Assembly: GCA_963708025.1 (NCBI GenBank) | Contig: CAVPSB010000016.1 | Coordinates: forward strand, 160,001-224,000 | Source: an uncultured Candidatus Rokubacteria bacterium | Lineage (GTDB): Bacteria; Methylomirabilota; Methylomirabilia; Rokubacteriales; DASRDR01 | Length of the DNA stretch: 64,000 bases | Reading direction: 5' to 3' | Shown: one piece after another, positions 21,816 through 31,613 of the stretch | How the letters are laid out: the number at the start of each line of letters is the position of its first letter | Numbering within the stretch: the first letter of the stretch is position 1 | Notes under the pieces: model-generated | Database searches by the model: none | The model's input: the letters and a program-made list of their open reading frames with translations, nothing else | Told to the model about the DNA's origin: nothing | Translations under genes and position numbers: made by a program

Positions 21816-21970
21816 TCAGTCAGGCACGTAGGCCGGGCCGCGCACCTCGAACCGGGTGGACTCCACGATCCGTCCCGCCGGGTCAACCAGGGAGAGGGCG
21901 TGCTGCCCGGCGACCGGCGCCCAGAGCACGGCGCCGGTCGCGGCGCCGAGGTCGGTCTCGTCCAGCGTAA
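21816..21970 (-). pseudogene. Orphan C-terminal fragment resembling the penicillin-binding protein 1C C-terminus
   Basis: LDETDLGAATGAVLWAPVAGQHALSLVDPAGRIVESTRFEVRG. Confidence 0.5.
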
Positions 21971-22061
21971 CTCCTCGCCATCCCCCGTTTTCTTCGGATC
22001 AAGGGGTTGGGGCGTCGTCGCTCGGGCGGGAATCGGGGGTACATTGAGCGTGGAGGTGGCC

Positions 22062-23108
22062 ATGTCGGGACCGTCATTTGCTTCCGGGCCGCCAGGGGTG
22101 TCGCCCCGGGCGACCATGCATCACCTGATCCGGGGGCTGTGGATCTCACGGGCCCTCTGGGTCGCCGCAACGCTCGGGATCGCGGACCTGCTCGAGGAGC
22201 CGAAGAACGCCGCTGAGCTGTCGCATGTGACGGGGACGCACGGCCCCTCGCTCCAGCGCGTTCTGCAGGCTCTGTGCAGCGTAGGAGTGCTCACCCAGGA
22301 CGACGCCGGGCGGTTCGCACTGACGCCCGTCGGTGCCACCCTGCGGAGCGACGCCCCCGGCTCCCTGCGGGCCTGGGCGAGCATGGTGCTGGGCGGTGAG
22401 ACCTACCAGGCCTGGGGGGCCCTGATGCACAGCGTGCGCAGCGGCAGGGTCGCCTTCGACCATCTCTTCGGGCAAGGTGTCTGGCAATACCGGACCGGCC
22501 ATCCGGAGTACGCGCGGCTCTTTGACGACGCGATGACAGGGCTCACGGCCGGAATCGCCCCCGCCGTGACCGAGGCTTATGACTTCGGCGCGATCGGCAC
22601 GCTCGTCAACGTGGGGGGCGGGCATGGGGAGCTACTGGCTGTCCTCCTCCAGGCCAGTCCCGGCATGCGAGGCGTCGTGTTCGACCTGCCCCACGTGGTG
22701 GCCGGCACCGGTCCGTTCTTGGCCCGAGCGGGCGTCCTAGACCGCTGCGACGTGGTCGGCGGGAGCTTCTTCGACGGCGTTCCCGGCGGGGGTGACGCCT
22801 ACATCCTCAAGAGCATCATTCACGACTGGGATGACGACTCCGCCACGGCGATCCTACGGAGCTGCCGCCGGGCGATGTCGCCGAGGAGCACCCTGCTTCT
22901 GGTCGAGCGGCTGCTGCCCACCGTGGTCGAGCCGTCCGGCGCGAGCGAGACCGTGACCTTCTCGGACCTCAACATGATGGTCATGCACGGGGGGCGCGAG
23001 CGCACGGAGGTCGCGTACCGCGCACTGCTCGAGGCGGCCGGTCTTCGACACGCGCGGACGGTCCCGACGTCGGTCGGATTCAGCGTGGTCGAGGCGGTGC
23101 CCGCCTGA
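22062..23108 (+). CDS. SAM-dependent O-methyltransferase (dimerisation domain plus Methyltransf_2)
   Basis: GGAGG SD; VNVGGGHG, FDLPHV, LKSIIHDWDD, GGRERT. Confidence 0.9.
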   Translation: MSGPSFASGPPGVSPRATMHHLIRGLWISRALWVAATLGIADLLEEPKNAAELSHVTGTHGPSLQRVLQALCSVGVLTQDDAGRFALTPVGATLRSDAPGSLRAWASMVLGGETYQAWGALMHSVRSGRVAFDHLFGQGVWQYRTGHPEYARLFDDAMTGLTAGIAPAVTEAYDFGAIGTLVNVGGGHGELLAVLLQASPGMRGVVFDLPHVVAGTGPFLARAGVLDRCDVVGGSFFDGVPGGGDAYILKSIIHDWDDDSATAILRSCRRAMSPRSTLLLVERLLPTVVEPSGASETVTFSDLNMMVMHGGRERTEVAYRALLEAAGLRHARTVPTSVGFSVVEAVPA

Positions 23109-23255
23109 TCCGCGGAGTCGCCGAGTCGCCGGGTCGGCTGCTCACTGGCGGGCAGCGACGCGCTCGCCGTCCTCCGCTCCCCGGGCCGAGGATGTCCGAC
23201 GGGAGCTACGACAGGGCCGTCGCTCCCTCCCCGACGTCGAGCATCGCGCTCCCGT

Positions 23256-24293
23256 CTAGGACAGCCGGTAGATCGCGACGCCCGCGGGGCCGGCGGGTAC
23301 CTGAGACGCCGGGACCGCTCGGAGCCGCGCGGCCCACGGAGTCCCTTGGAGCTCCTGCCTCACCGGCTCCGTGACGAAGATCCCCGCCTCACTACCGAGC
23401 GCGTGGGTCGCGGCCTCGACACGGTGCACGACGTCGACGCTCTTGCCGTACAGGTAGGTCCGGTACGCGCGGAACGTGCCCTTGTGCACGGCGATGTTGA
23501 TCGGGCACTCGAGCGCCTCCCGCCGGTCGAACTCCGCCCAGGCTTCGCTCAGCCGCTCGATGGCGGTCATGACGCCGGCAGGCTCGGCGAAGGTGAAGCA
23601 GTAGGCGTCGCCGACGCCGAAGCGGTTCGTGCCGCCGAACTCCTTGCAGACCCCGTCGACCGCCTCGAGGAGCTGGTCGAGGGCCTTCTCGACGACCGGC
23701 ACCGGGCGCGCCTCGACGAGGGCCCTGAAGCGTCGCAGATCCGCGACGACGATGTACTGGTTCTCGATGACGCGCGTCCGGTGAGTCGGGTCCACCCGGT
23801 GGACCGGCACCGGCTCGTCGAACCCCTTCAGCAGGAACGCACCCACGGGGGACGTCCGGACCTCCGCCTTGTTCACCGCGAGCCACGCGCTCAAAGACAG
23901 GTAAATCTCTTCCGGTGGCGTCACCGATTCGATCCGAGCCGCCAGGACCACCGCGTCACCCACCAGGGCCTCCTCCTCCCGCAGCACGTCGCCCAGCGTG
24001 ATGACGATGCGCATGGCCAGCCGATCCTCGCCCTTGCCGGGCTGGGAGAACCCCAGCTCTTCCAGCATGGAGATCGCCGCCAAGGACGCCGCGGTGACGC
24101 TGGGAAAGACGAGCCAGAACGAGTCGCCCTCGGGCTTGACGATCTGGCCCTCGTGCGTCGCGGCGACGCGGGTCACGAGCTGGCGGTGGGCGGCCAGCAC
24201 GGCGCTCAGGTCCGACTCCGGCAGGGCTCGAAACCGGGCCGTGGAGCCGCCGATGTCGGTCTTCATGAGGACCGTCGCCCGCAGGGTGACCAT
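23256..24293 (-). CDS. Soluble protein with tandem class III nucleotidyl cyclase domains
   Basis: KTDIGGST / KPEGDSF / GDAVVLAARIE, then VADLRRF / GVGDAY / GKSVDVVHRVE. Confidence 0.8.
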   Translation of the reverse strand: MVTLRATVLMKTDIGGSTARFRALPESDLSAVLAAHRQLVTRVAATHEGQIVKPEGDSFWLVFPSVTAASLAAISMLEELGFSQPGKGEDRLAMRIVITLGDVLREEEALVGDAVVLAARIESVTPPEEIYLSLSAWLAVNKAEVRTSPVGAFLLKGFDEPVPVHRVDPTHRTRVIENQYIVVADLRRFRALVEARPVPVVEKALDQLLEAVDGVCKEFGGTNRFGVGDAYCFTFAEPAGVMTAIERLSEAWAEFDRREALECPINIAVHKGTFRAYRTYLYGKSVDVVHRVEAATHALGSEAGIFVTEPVRQELQGTPWAARLRAVPASQVPAGPAGVAIYRLS

Positions 24294-24311
24294 GGTCGGC
24301 AAGCCGCAGGG

Positions 24312-25274
24312 CTATCCTGGCGGGCCTACTTGGGCTCCCGGCCGTCGGACGGCGGGACCGGCGGCCGCTTCGGCGCGGCGGCGGATGACGTCGAGGATGT
24401 ACGCCTGGGTCTCCCGCAGGATGGCGTCGGTCCAGAGCCCCGAGTAGAGGTTGAAGTGGGTCGAGAGGCGGTGGCGGCTCGCGAGGTGGAGCCGCACGCG
24501 CCCCGGCGCGATCGGCTCGATCCGGTAGCGCCCCTCCAGCACGTCGAAGTAGGGACCGCCGACGGTGACGTGCTCGTCGAGCGTCCCGGGAGGGACGTGA
24601 TCGTCTCGATGAACAGCACGCCGCGCTCGAAGGTGGCGTGGCGCACCGCGCGATCAGGCTGCGGCGGCGATCGGGCGCGGGAAGCCGATCGCGTGGGTCC
24701 AGGCGCGCCGGTGCTCCTCGGCGCGGATCGGCGGCACGTCCACGATCTCGCGCCAGACCGTGCCCGGGTCGGCCGCGACCTCGATCGCCGTCTCCACGAT
24801 CCGCACCTCGAGCGGCGTGGGTGCCAGCCGCTCGAGCGGCGCCGCCACCAGCGGCAGCAGGAGCGCCGCCGCGATCGTTGATGCCCCCAGGCGCCGGCGC
24901 TGGAGCCGGCGCCAGATCCCGGCCACGAGCCCGCCCAGCGTCAACAGGACCAGGAAGAGCGGGATCCAGAGGAAGATGCAGATCAGCCCCTCCCACCCCA
25001 GCGTGAGCGCCGCGCCGAGGCTCAGGAGGGCCGGCGGCCAGGGCAGCACGAGCCAGAGCGTCCACGGTATCGGCCGGCGCCGCTCGGCGATGGCCACGAC
25101 CAGGAAGCCGACCACGAAGGGCACCCCGAACAGGAACGCCAGCGACATGACCTGGAAGATGGCCTTCCCAGCGTTGAAGCCGAAGAACGCGCGGACGACG
25201 AGGCCGTAGAGGAGGCCGGCGCCGGCGGCCGCCGCGAGCAGCGACCGGTCGAAGTAGCGATGCGGCTCGGTCAT
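24312..25274 (-). pseudogene. Membrane-anchored SRPBCC-domain protein, disrupted
   Basis: TM N-terminus, IGFPRP, RHATFERGVLFIETIT and TLDEHVTVGGPYFDV fall in three frames with residues apparently missing. Confidence 0.7.
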
Positions 25275-25399
25275 GGCCGGAGCCTCCCGGGGCGCAGAAG
25301 ATTGCCAATGATGAGCCGGGCGATTCGGACGATCGCGCGCTCGCCCTTGGGCTTCGAAGCCACGACTTCGGCCAAGGAAGCGGTGGCCGGCACGAACAG

Positions 25400-25606
25400 C
25401 TAACCGGCTTGGATCTCGAATTCCACGCGGGCTACGCCACTCTGGCGAATTATTTCGAGGTGATCCGGAACAGGGACGGTCACCGTCCCCGACTGGGTCC
25501 GGCGCTGCATGACGATATGACTTCCTCGCCTCCGCACCTCGACAAAGCCGTGCCGCTCGAGAATTCCGCAGACATCGCGCCCAGACAGGACGCGGAGTCT
25601 ACCCAT
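25400..25606 (-). CDS. hicA: HicA-family toxin, possibly with an internal deletion
   Basis: LERHGFVEVRRRGSHIVMQ...TVPVPDH. Confidence 0.85.
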   Translation of the reverse strand: MGRLRVLSGRDVCGILERHGFVEVRRRGSHIVMQRRTQSGTVTVPVPDHLEIIRQSGVARVEFEIQAG

Positions 25607-25823
25607 GCACTGCTTCGAATCTCGTCACGAAGATCTCACTGTGCAGTCGGTCCTTGATTTCCCGTAGGTCCGCGCACTCCAGGAACAACTCGACCGCCTC
25701 CTTCAGGTTGGCCGTGGCCTCTTCCACGGTCGCGCCCTGGCTGGCCACGTCCAGTTCGGGACACAGGGCAACGTAGAGGTTTCCCTCTTTCTCGAGGATG
25801 GCGGTGTAGCTGCTCTTGGGCAT
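25599..25823 (-). CDS. hicB: Short HicB-family antitoxin
   Basis: YVALCPELDVASQGATVEEATANLKEAVELFLE; overlaps the hicA start. Confidence 0.88.
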   Translation of the reverse strand: MPKSSYTAILEKEGNLYVALCPELDVASQGATVEEATANLKEAVELFLECADLREIKDRLHSEIFVTRFEAVHG

Positions 25824-26069
25824 GCTCAGGTTCCTCCCCACTTCAGACTGAACGGCGCGAGCACCAGCGGCAACAACCGCCCCGTTTCACGCTCGCGCCT
25901 CGACAAGTCGTCCGGTGGATGCCGCTGATAGGCGCAGCATAGATGAGGATGACTCCCGCAGCAACTTCTGCGGCGGCCGGATGGGGGGCGGGCGGGCGGG
26001 CGGGCGCGAGCTCCGGGCCAGCCACGCGGCGCTGGTCTACCTGGGCCGAGGATCGCGGGATCTCGGCCG

Positions 26070-27149
26070 TCAGACGACGATCGAATGCTGGCCCGGCGCG
26101 AGGACCTGCAGCGAGTAGCTGAACTCGCTCGCCGGGTACTCCTCCAGCAGCTTCTCGACCGAGGGCGTCCGGTTGGTCACCACGATCGCCGCCGGACGCT
26201 GCTGCTCCTTGGCGGCCTCCACCAGCCAGATCAGGGTGGCCAGATCCGGGTTGTCGTCCTTCCCGTTGGCCGAGGCGACGTAGGTGTCCGCCGTGATCTT
26301 CCGGAAGAAACTCTTGGTGATGTTCCGGTTGCTGCCGTGGTGCGGGAGCTTCAGCACGTCCACGTGCATCCGGCCGCTGGCGTCGAGCAGCCCCTTCTGC
26401 CCGAGCGCGTCCAGCAGGTGATCGCTCCGCCCGTCGCCGGTCAGCAGCATGGTCCGGCCGTCGGCCCGGGCCAGGAGCATGATGCTCGACAGGTTGGGCA
26501 CGCTGGCATCCGAGTTCGCCATCACGAACGGATCGTCGGACAGGATGCCGTTCTCGTGGGCGTCGAGCCAGTCGATCCATTTCTGCTCGAGCGCGTCCAG
26601 GTTGGCCTGCGTCGGACCCACGACGGTGAGCGTGAGGTTGTCGAACACCCGGGGGTCGGGCGCGTTGTCGACGGTGATCAGATCGCCCGGGAACCCGCCG
26701 TTGATCGGGATCTGGAGGGCGAGCGCCTGCGTGCGCAGGCCGGCCCCCTCCTGGATGCCCTGGACCGCCAGCCCCGACCCCGACATCACGGTCGCCCGCG
26801 TCTGGGTGATCAGCGCCGCCAGGCGGGGCTGGACGAGGCCGTGCGGATCCACCGTCCGGGTGAACGAGTTGTGCCAGAGGCCGGGCGGGACCGGCAGCCC
26901 GCTGTTCGCCAGGCGGAGCTCGGCGAAGTAGTCCAGCAGGCCCACGACGTGGTCGTTGTCCACGTGACTCAGCACCACCAGGTCGAGCGGCGCTCCGGCC
27001 TGGACGATCTGCTCCAGCGCCGGCCGGAGATGAAACCGGAAGGTGTCCGGCGGCCCGCCGTCGATCAGGATGAAGCGCGACGAGCTCGTCCCGTACTCGA
27101 GGAGCAGGCAATCGCCGAACGCGGCCTGGACGGCATGAAGCCGGAACAT
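26070..27149 (-). CDS. MBL-fold metallohydrolase (ComEC/Rec2-like, HxDxDH)
   Basis: GDCLLL, LIDGGP, SHVDNDH, NLSSI, LTGDG, LKLPHHGS; no signal peptide. Confidence 0.88.
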   Translation of the reverse strand: MFRLHAVQAAFGDCLLLEYGTSSSRFILIDGGPPDTFRFHLRPALEQIVQAGAPLDLVVLSHVDNDHVVGLLDYFAELRLANSGLPVPPGLWHNSFTRTVDPHGLVQPRLAALITQTRATVMSGSGLAVQGIQEGAGLRTQALALQIPINGGFPGDLITVDNAPDPRVFDNLTLTVVGPTQANLDALEQKWIDWLDAHENGILSDDPFVMANSDASVPNLSSIMLLARADGRTMLLTGDGRSDHLLDALGQKGLLDASGRMHVDVLKLPHHGSNRNITKSFFRKITADTYVASANGKDDNPDLATLIWLVEAAKEQQRPAAIVVTNRTPSVEKLLEEYPASEFSYSLQVLAPGQHSIVV

Positions 27150-27152
27150 CGC

Positions 27153-29390
27153 TCACACCTCCGTCATCGGCGTCGACAGGCTGCCCGTGACGACCAGCGC
27201 GAAATCCTGCGGCTCGAGGAGATTGCTCGCCACCACCTGGATCAGGTAGCTGCCGGCCGGGGCGGGGTCCAGCCGGATGACCTCGACGTTGTTGGTGGCG
27301 TCGGGGCGGTTCATCCCCTGGGGCACCCCCGCGTTGCCGAACCGCTTGGTTCCGTCCGGGAGCTGGAGGAACAGGTTGAGGTTGTTCTGGAGCGACCGCC
27401 CGGGGGGATCGGTGTAGGCGAGCGTGATCCGGAGCTCGCCCCCGGGGTCGAGAGTGAACGAAAACCGGCGCCGCTGTCCCGTCACGGTGAAGTGAGCGGC
27501 CGGTGACCCCCAGTTGTCGTGGAACTCCAGCCCGAAGCCGCCGACCAGCGCGTTCGGCACGGCCCTCGGCAGGTACACGCAGCCGAAGCCCTGATGGTAG
27601 TTCGGCTGCGTGGGGAAGTCCGCGGTCGAGCTGGCGCCGCCGAGGAGCCGCGTCGAGTTGATCAGGGTCGCCTTCAGCAGCGCGGCGCTCGGCTGGTGGC
27701 TCCGCTGCTGCGTGTAGTACTGCCGCACCACCGCCGCGCAGCCGGACACCAGCGGCGCCGCCATCGACGTCCCGCCCAGGTACGCATACCGGGGGTTCAC
27801 CGGGTCCGGCCCCCAGAAGCGGTGCAGCGGGGCCGCCGACGACCGGCAGGACAGGATGTCGGTGCCCGGCGCCACCAGGTCGGGCTTGATCCGGTAGTCG
27901 TCGCAGGGGCCACGGCTCGAGAAGCCGGCGATCGATTCGGCGTCCCCGGAGATCGGCTCCGTCGCCGCCGGCGGCGCCGGGAACTTCGGCGGCCACACCG
28001 CGCCGTAGGTCAGCGCCGACAGGCCGCCGACCGACCGGTCGCTGCGCGACGCCCCGACCGTGAGGGCGTTCTTCGCGGTCGCCGGCGCGCTCACGCTCAG
28101 CCAGTCCACGAACCCCGGCGCCGAGTTGCGCGCCCCCAGCAGCGGATCGGCGGCCGTCCCGTCGTTGCCCGCGGAGATGACGATCAGCATGTCCTTCTGG
28201 CCGTGGACGTACTCGTCCACCTCCCGCGAGTTCAGCCGGTAGGCCGCCGCCGCCGCCGACCCCCAGCTGTTGTTGTGGATCCGCGCGCCCGCCGCGTACG
28301 CGTCCGCGAACAGACTGCCGAGCCGGAACGGCAAGCCTCCCAGGCCCCCGTTCTTGTCGAGCAGCGACTGGAAGACCAGCCGCGCCCGCGGGGCCGCGCC
28401 CCTGAGACCGCCGCTGGAGGCGCTGCCGTCGCCCAGCACCGACCCCGCCACGTGCGTCCCGTGGCCGTGCGGATCCGACGCGTCGCCGGGCCGACCCAGC
28501 GGGACCAGCTTCACGATCCGGCCGGCGAAGTCGGGATGCGCGTCGTCCAGGCCCGTATCGGCCACGCCGACGATCTCCGTGTCGCCCTCCAGCGGGAAGC
28601 GGAACGGCGGGTTCGCCGACGGGGGACCGTCGAGGCCCAGCAGCACCCGGGCGTGGTCGTTGTGCAGCTCCGGCGGCACGTACGGCTGGATGTCGATGAC
28701 CCAGTCGGTGAGCTCGGAGATCTCGGTCAGCCGCGCGTCGTCCTCGAGCAGGTGGACCCGCACCTTGTTCGCCTCGGCGGCCGCCACCTGGATGTTGCGC
28801 TGCTGCAGCCACCCGAGGAACTCCGGGAGCGGCGCGTCCCGGTCCAGCAGCACGTCGTAGGGCACCATCTCGCGCACCGCGGTGGGCGACCCGAACCCGG
28901 CCAGCTCCCGCCGGGTCGGCAGGTTCCGGTCCGATTCCCGCATCTCGAGGCCCGTGACGAACGGCAGCGCCCGCACCGCGGCCAGCTGGGGTGGCGCGAT
29001 CCGGGTCACCCAGCGATATCCCGCCAGCGCCTCCCGGAACGCGACCCCGAGGCCCTCGAGCTGCGTCCGCCACTCGGCGATCAACGGGCCGGACAGCGTC
29101 AGGTAGAAGGTGTTGCTCGGCGCCGGCGGCGCGCCCGGCGGGGGGGCCGCGGCGGTGTCGGCGGCGGCCATCGCCACGCGCTCGCGCGCCGCCGGCGCTC
29201 CCAGCCGCGGTCGCGGCGCCTCCTCGACCTCCTGGAAGACGATGCCGCGCCGCTCGAGCTCGGCCATGTCGGCCTCGTCGATCTCCCCCACCGCGAAGCC
29301 CGCGGTGACGACGCGGTCGCTGAGCCGCGGAACCACCTGGGCCGCTTCGCTCTCGTGCATGAAGTGCGCGATCACGCGTTTTCGTGCCAT
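27153..29390 (-). CDS. S8 subtilase (KP-43-like) without a signal peptide
   Basis: ADTGLD, HGHGTHVAG, SAGNDG, GTSMAAP; long N-terminal region; C-terminal beta domain NNVEVI. Confidence 0.92.
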   Translation of the reverse strand: MARKRVIAHFMHESEAAQVVPRLSDRVVTAGFAVGEIDEADMAELERRGIVFQEVEEAPRPRLGAPAARERVAMAAADTAAAPPPGAPPAPSNTFYLTLSGPLIAEWRTQLEGLGVAFREALAGYRWVTRIAPPQLAAVRALPFVTGLEMRESDRNLPTRRELAGFGSPTAVREMVPYDVLLDRDAPLPEFLGWLQQRNIQVAAAEANKVRVHLLEDDARLTEISELTDWVIDIQPYVPPELHNDHARVLLGLDGPPSANPPFRFPLEGDTEIVGVADTGLDDAHPDFAGRIVKLVPLGRPGDASDPHGHGTHVAGSVLGDGSASSGGLRGAAPRARLVFQSLLDKNGGLGGLPFRLGSLFADAYAAGARIHNNSWGSAAAAAYRLNSREVDEYVHGQKDMLIVISAGNDGTAADPLLGARNSAPGFVDWLSVSAPATAKNALTVGASRSDRSVGGLSALTYGAVWPPKFPAPPAATEPISGDAESIAGFSSRGPCDDYRIKPDLVAPGTDILSCRSSAAPLHRFWGPDPVNPRYAYLGGTSMAAPLVSGCAAVVRQYYTQQRSHQPSAALLKATLINSTRLLGGASSTADFPTQPNYHQGFGCVYLPRAVPNALVGGFGLEFHDNWGSPAAHFTVTGQRRRFSFTLDPGGELRITLAYTDPPGRSLQNNLNLFLQLPDGTKRFGNAGVPQGMNRPDATNNVEVIRLDPAPAGSYLIQVVASNLLEPQDFALVVTGSLSTPMTEV

Positions 29391-29539
29391 GGATCCTCCC
29401 GACGTGATCGGTAACCTGACGAGACCATCCGGATCACACCCCCGTCACTCGAACCATGCCGCGACAGCCGCAGCCGCAGCATAGACGAGGGGCACTCCAC
29501 CGGCAAGGCGCGCGGCGGCGCGCGCGGCGATCGAGGCGA

Positions 29540-30193
29540 TCAGGCGGTCGCGCGGGCGAGGACGAGCCACTCCCGGCCCTGGCGGCCGTCGGCCGAGGTC
29601 GCCGGGACGTAGGTTTCCTCGAAGGCGAAGCGCGGCTCGAAGAGGCGGCGGACCTCGGTCTCGGTCGTGGCGAACGGCGGCCCGATCTTCGGGTCGCCGG
29701 GACGCCGCGGTCCGTCCCGTCCCTCCGGTGGGCGCTCCCCGATAGGGAAGAAGCAGGCCAGCAGCCAGCCGCCGGGCTTCAGGAGCGCGTGCACCAGGGC
29801 GACGTACTCCGGTCGCCGGGCGGGATCGATGGCGCAGAAGCACGTGTACTCCCAGAGCCCGTCGAAGGCCCCCCGGTAGTCGGCGGCCAGGCCGAAGACG
29901 TCGCGCTGCTCGAAGGCCACCTCGACCCGCGCCTCGGCGGCCAGTGCGCGGGCCTCGCGGATCGCCGGCTCGGCGAAGTCGAAGGCCCGGACCCGGTAGC
30001 CCCGCCGGGCCAGGAGCCGGGCGTCGTGGCCGCGGCCACAGCCGGGCACCGCGATGTGCTGACCGGGGAGCCGCGGATGCGTCGCGAGGTAGTGGACCAG
30101 CGGCGGCGCCGGGCCGCCCAGCTCCCAGCGGTCCCCCTGGCGCTCGTAGAGACCCTGCCAGAACGCCGCCTCGTTGACGGTCGGCTCGGTCAT
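29540..30193 (-). CDS. Thiopurine S-methyltransferase-like (TPMT) methyltransferase
   Basis: FWQGLY...WELGGPAPPL, VPGCGRGHD, WEYTCFCAI, GPPF. Confidence 0.88.
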   Translation of the reverse strand: MTEPTVNEAAFWQGLYERQGDRWELGGPAPPLVHYLATHPRLPGQHIAVPGCGRGHDARLLARRGYRVRAFDFAEPAIREARALAAEARVEVAFEQRDVFGLAADYRGAFDGLWEYTCFCAIDPARRPEYVALVHALLKPGGWLLACFFPIGERPPEGRDGPRRPGDPKIGPPFATTETEVRRLFEPRFAFEETYVPATSADGRQGREWLVLARATA

Positions 30194-30279
30194 TCGGGAC
30201 CTCCCGCCTACCCCCCCAGCCCCCCTCCCCCACCCACCGGGGGGAGGGGGGGCCGGAAGCCCGATCGCTTCGCGCGCTC
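30194..30279 (-). repeat. Family 1 repeat
   Basis: Fills the whole gap from the tesA TGA to GGGAGGTCCCGA-ATG. Confidence 0.9.
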
Positions 30280-30900
30280 TCACTTCTTCAGGAGCGGGAG
30301 GAGGTAGGGCCAGACGCGCTCGGCGACGAGCCGGTGCCCCTCCGCGTTCGGGTGGATGCCGTCGGCCTGGTTGAGGCGGGGGTCGGCGGCGACGCCGTCG
30401 AGCAGGAACGGCATCAGCGGCACCTTCGCCCGCTGCGCCACTTCTCCGAAGGCCCGGCGGAAGTCGTCGGTGTACTCGGGGCCGTAGTTCGGCGGGGCCC
30501 GCATGCCGGCCAGCAGCACGCGCGCCCCCGCCGCCTGCAGACGGCCCACGATCGCGGTGAGGTTCGCCTGCATCGCGGCGACCGGCTGGTGGCGGAGGCC
30601 GTCGTTGGCGCCGAGGGCGACCACGACGACCTCGGGCTGGGCGCGCAGCACCCAGTCGACCCGGCGGAGCCCGCCGGCCGTCGTGTCGCCGCTCACCCCG
30701 GCGTTGACGACGCGGTAGGGATAGCCCTCGCGGGCGAGCCGCTCCTGGAGAAACGCCGGCCACGCCAGCTCCGGATCGACGCCGAAGCCGGCGGTCAGGC
30801 TGTCGCCGAAGGCGACGATGACCCGCTCCTCGGCGGCCGGCGCCACGGCGGGCACCGCGAGGCCGAGCGCGAGGAGGGCGAGCGAGCGGAGCAGGCGCAC
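30280..30900 (-). CDS. tesA: SGNH arylesterase/acyl-CoA thioesterase
   Basis: FGDSLTAG, NAGVSGDTT, LGANDGLR, DGIHPN; divergent from an ABC pair. Confidence 0.93.
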   Translation of the reverse strand: MRLLRSLALLALGLAVPAVAPAAEERVIVAFGDSLTAGFGVDPELAWPAFLQERLAREGYPYRVVNAGVSGDTTAGGLRRVDWVLRAQPEVVVVALGANDGLRHQPVAAMQANLTAIVGRLQAAGARVLLAGMRAPPNYGPEYTDDFRRAFGEVAQRAKVPLMPFLLDGVAADPRLNQADGIHPNAEGHRLVAERVWPYLLPLLKK

Positions 30901-30914
30901 ACGCCAAGTGTAAT

Positions 30915-31613
30915 ATGAGCAGTGTGATGATTCAGGTCGTGGACCTGGTGATGCGGCTCCCGAGCGGGAGCGGTCCCGTCACCATCCTCGACGGCGTGAC
31001 GCTGGCCGTCCCGGCCGGGCAGTTCGTCGCGGTGACGGGGCCGTCGGGCAGCGGCAAGTCCACGCTTCTCGGCCTCATCGCCGGGCTCGATCGCCCGACG
31101 GCCGGCTCGATCCGCGTGGACGGCCGCGATCTCGGCGATCTCGACGAGGACGCCCTCGCGCGGCTCCGGCGCGACCGGATCGGTTACGTGTTCCAGTCCT
31201 TCCACCTGATCCCCACGCTGACCGCGCTGGAGAACGTCGCGGTGCCCCTCGAGCTGGCGGGCGCCGCCGACCCCGCCGGCCAGGCCGCCGCCCGCCTCGG
31301 CGAGATGGGCCTCGGCGACCGCGCCCACCACTACCCCGCCCAGCTCTCGGGCGGGGAGCAGCAGCGGATCGCCCTCGCCCGCGCCGTCGCCAACCGGCCC
31401 GCCCTCCTCCTCGCCGACGAGCCGACCGGCAACCTCGACTCGGCCACCGGCGCCCGGATCATCGACCTCCTGGTGGCCTGGAACCGCCGCCACGGCGGCA
31501 CCCTCGTCCTGGTCACCCACGACCCGGCGCTCGCCCAGCACGCCGACCGCGTCGTCGAGCTGCGCGACGGGCGGATCGCCTCGGATCGCCTGAACGGCTC
31601 GGGACGCCATTGA
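30915..31613 (+). CDS. ybbA: ABC ATP-binding protein (YbbA-like)
   Basis: GPSGSGKST, LSGGEQQR, ADEPTGNLD; synteny with tesA. Confidence 0.9.
   Translation: MSSVMIQVVDLVMRLPSGSGPVTILDGVTLAVPAGQFVAVTGPSGSGKSTLLGLIAGLDRPTAGSIRVDGRDLGDLDEDALARLRRDRIGYVFQSFHLIPTLTALENVAVPLELAGAADPAGQAAARLGEMGLGDRAHHYPAQLSGGEQQRIALARAVANRPALLLADEPTGNLDSATGARIIDLLVAWNRRHGGTLVLVTHDPALAQHADRVVELRDGRIASDRLNGSGRH

Noticed and set aside
24654-24656. TGA in the SRPBCC gene as Sec
   Set aside because: Not at a Cys position, and homology continues in a different frame with deletions.
25843-29414. Long alternative-frame ORFs (e.g. 1076 aa at 25843-29073) and similar ones throughout the window
   Set aside because: Arg/Gly/Pro-rich shadow frames of real genes, expected at this GC content.
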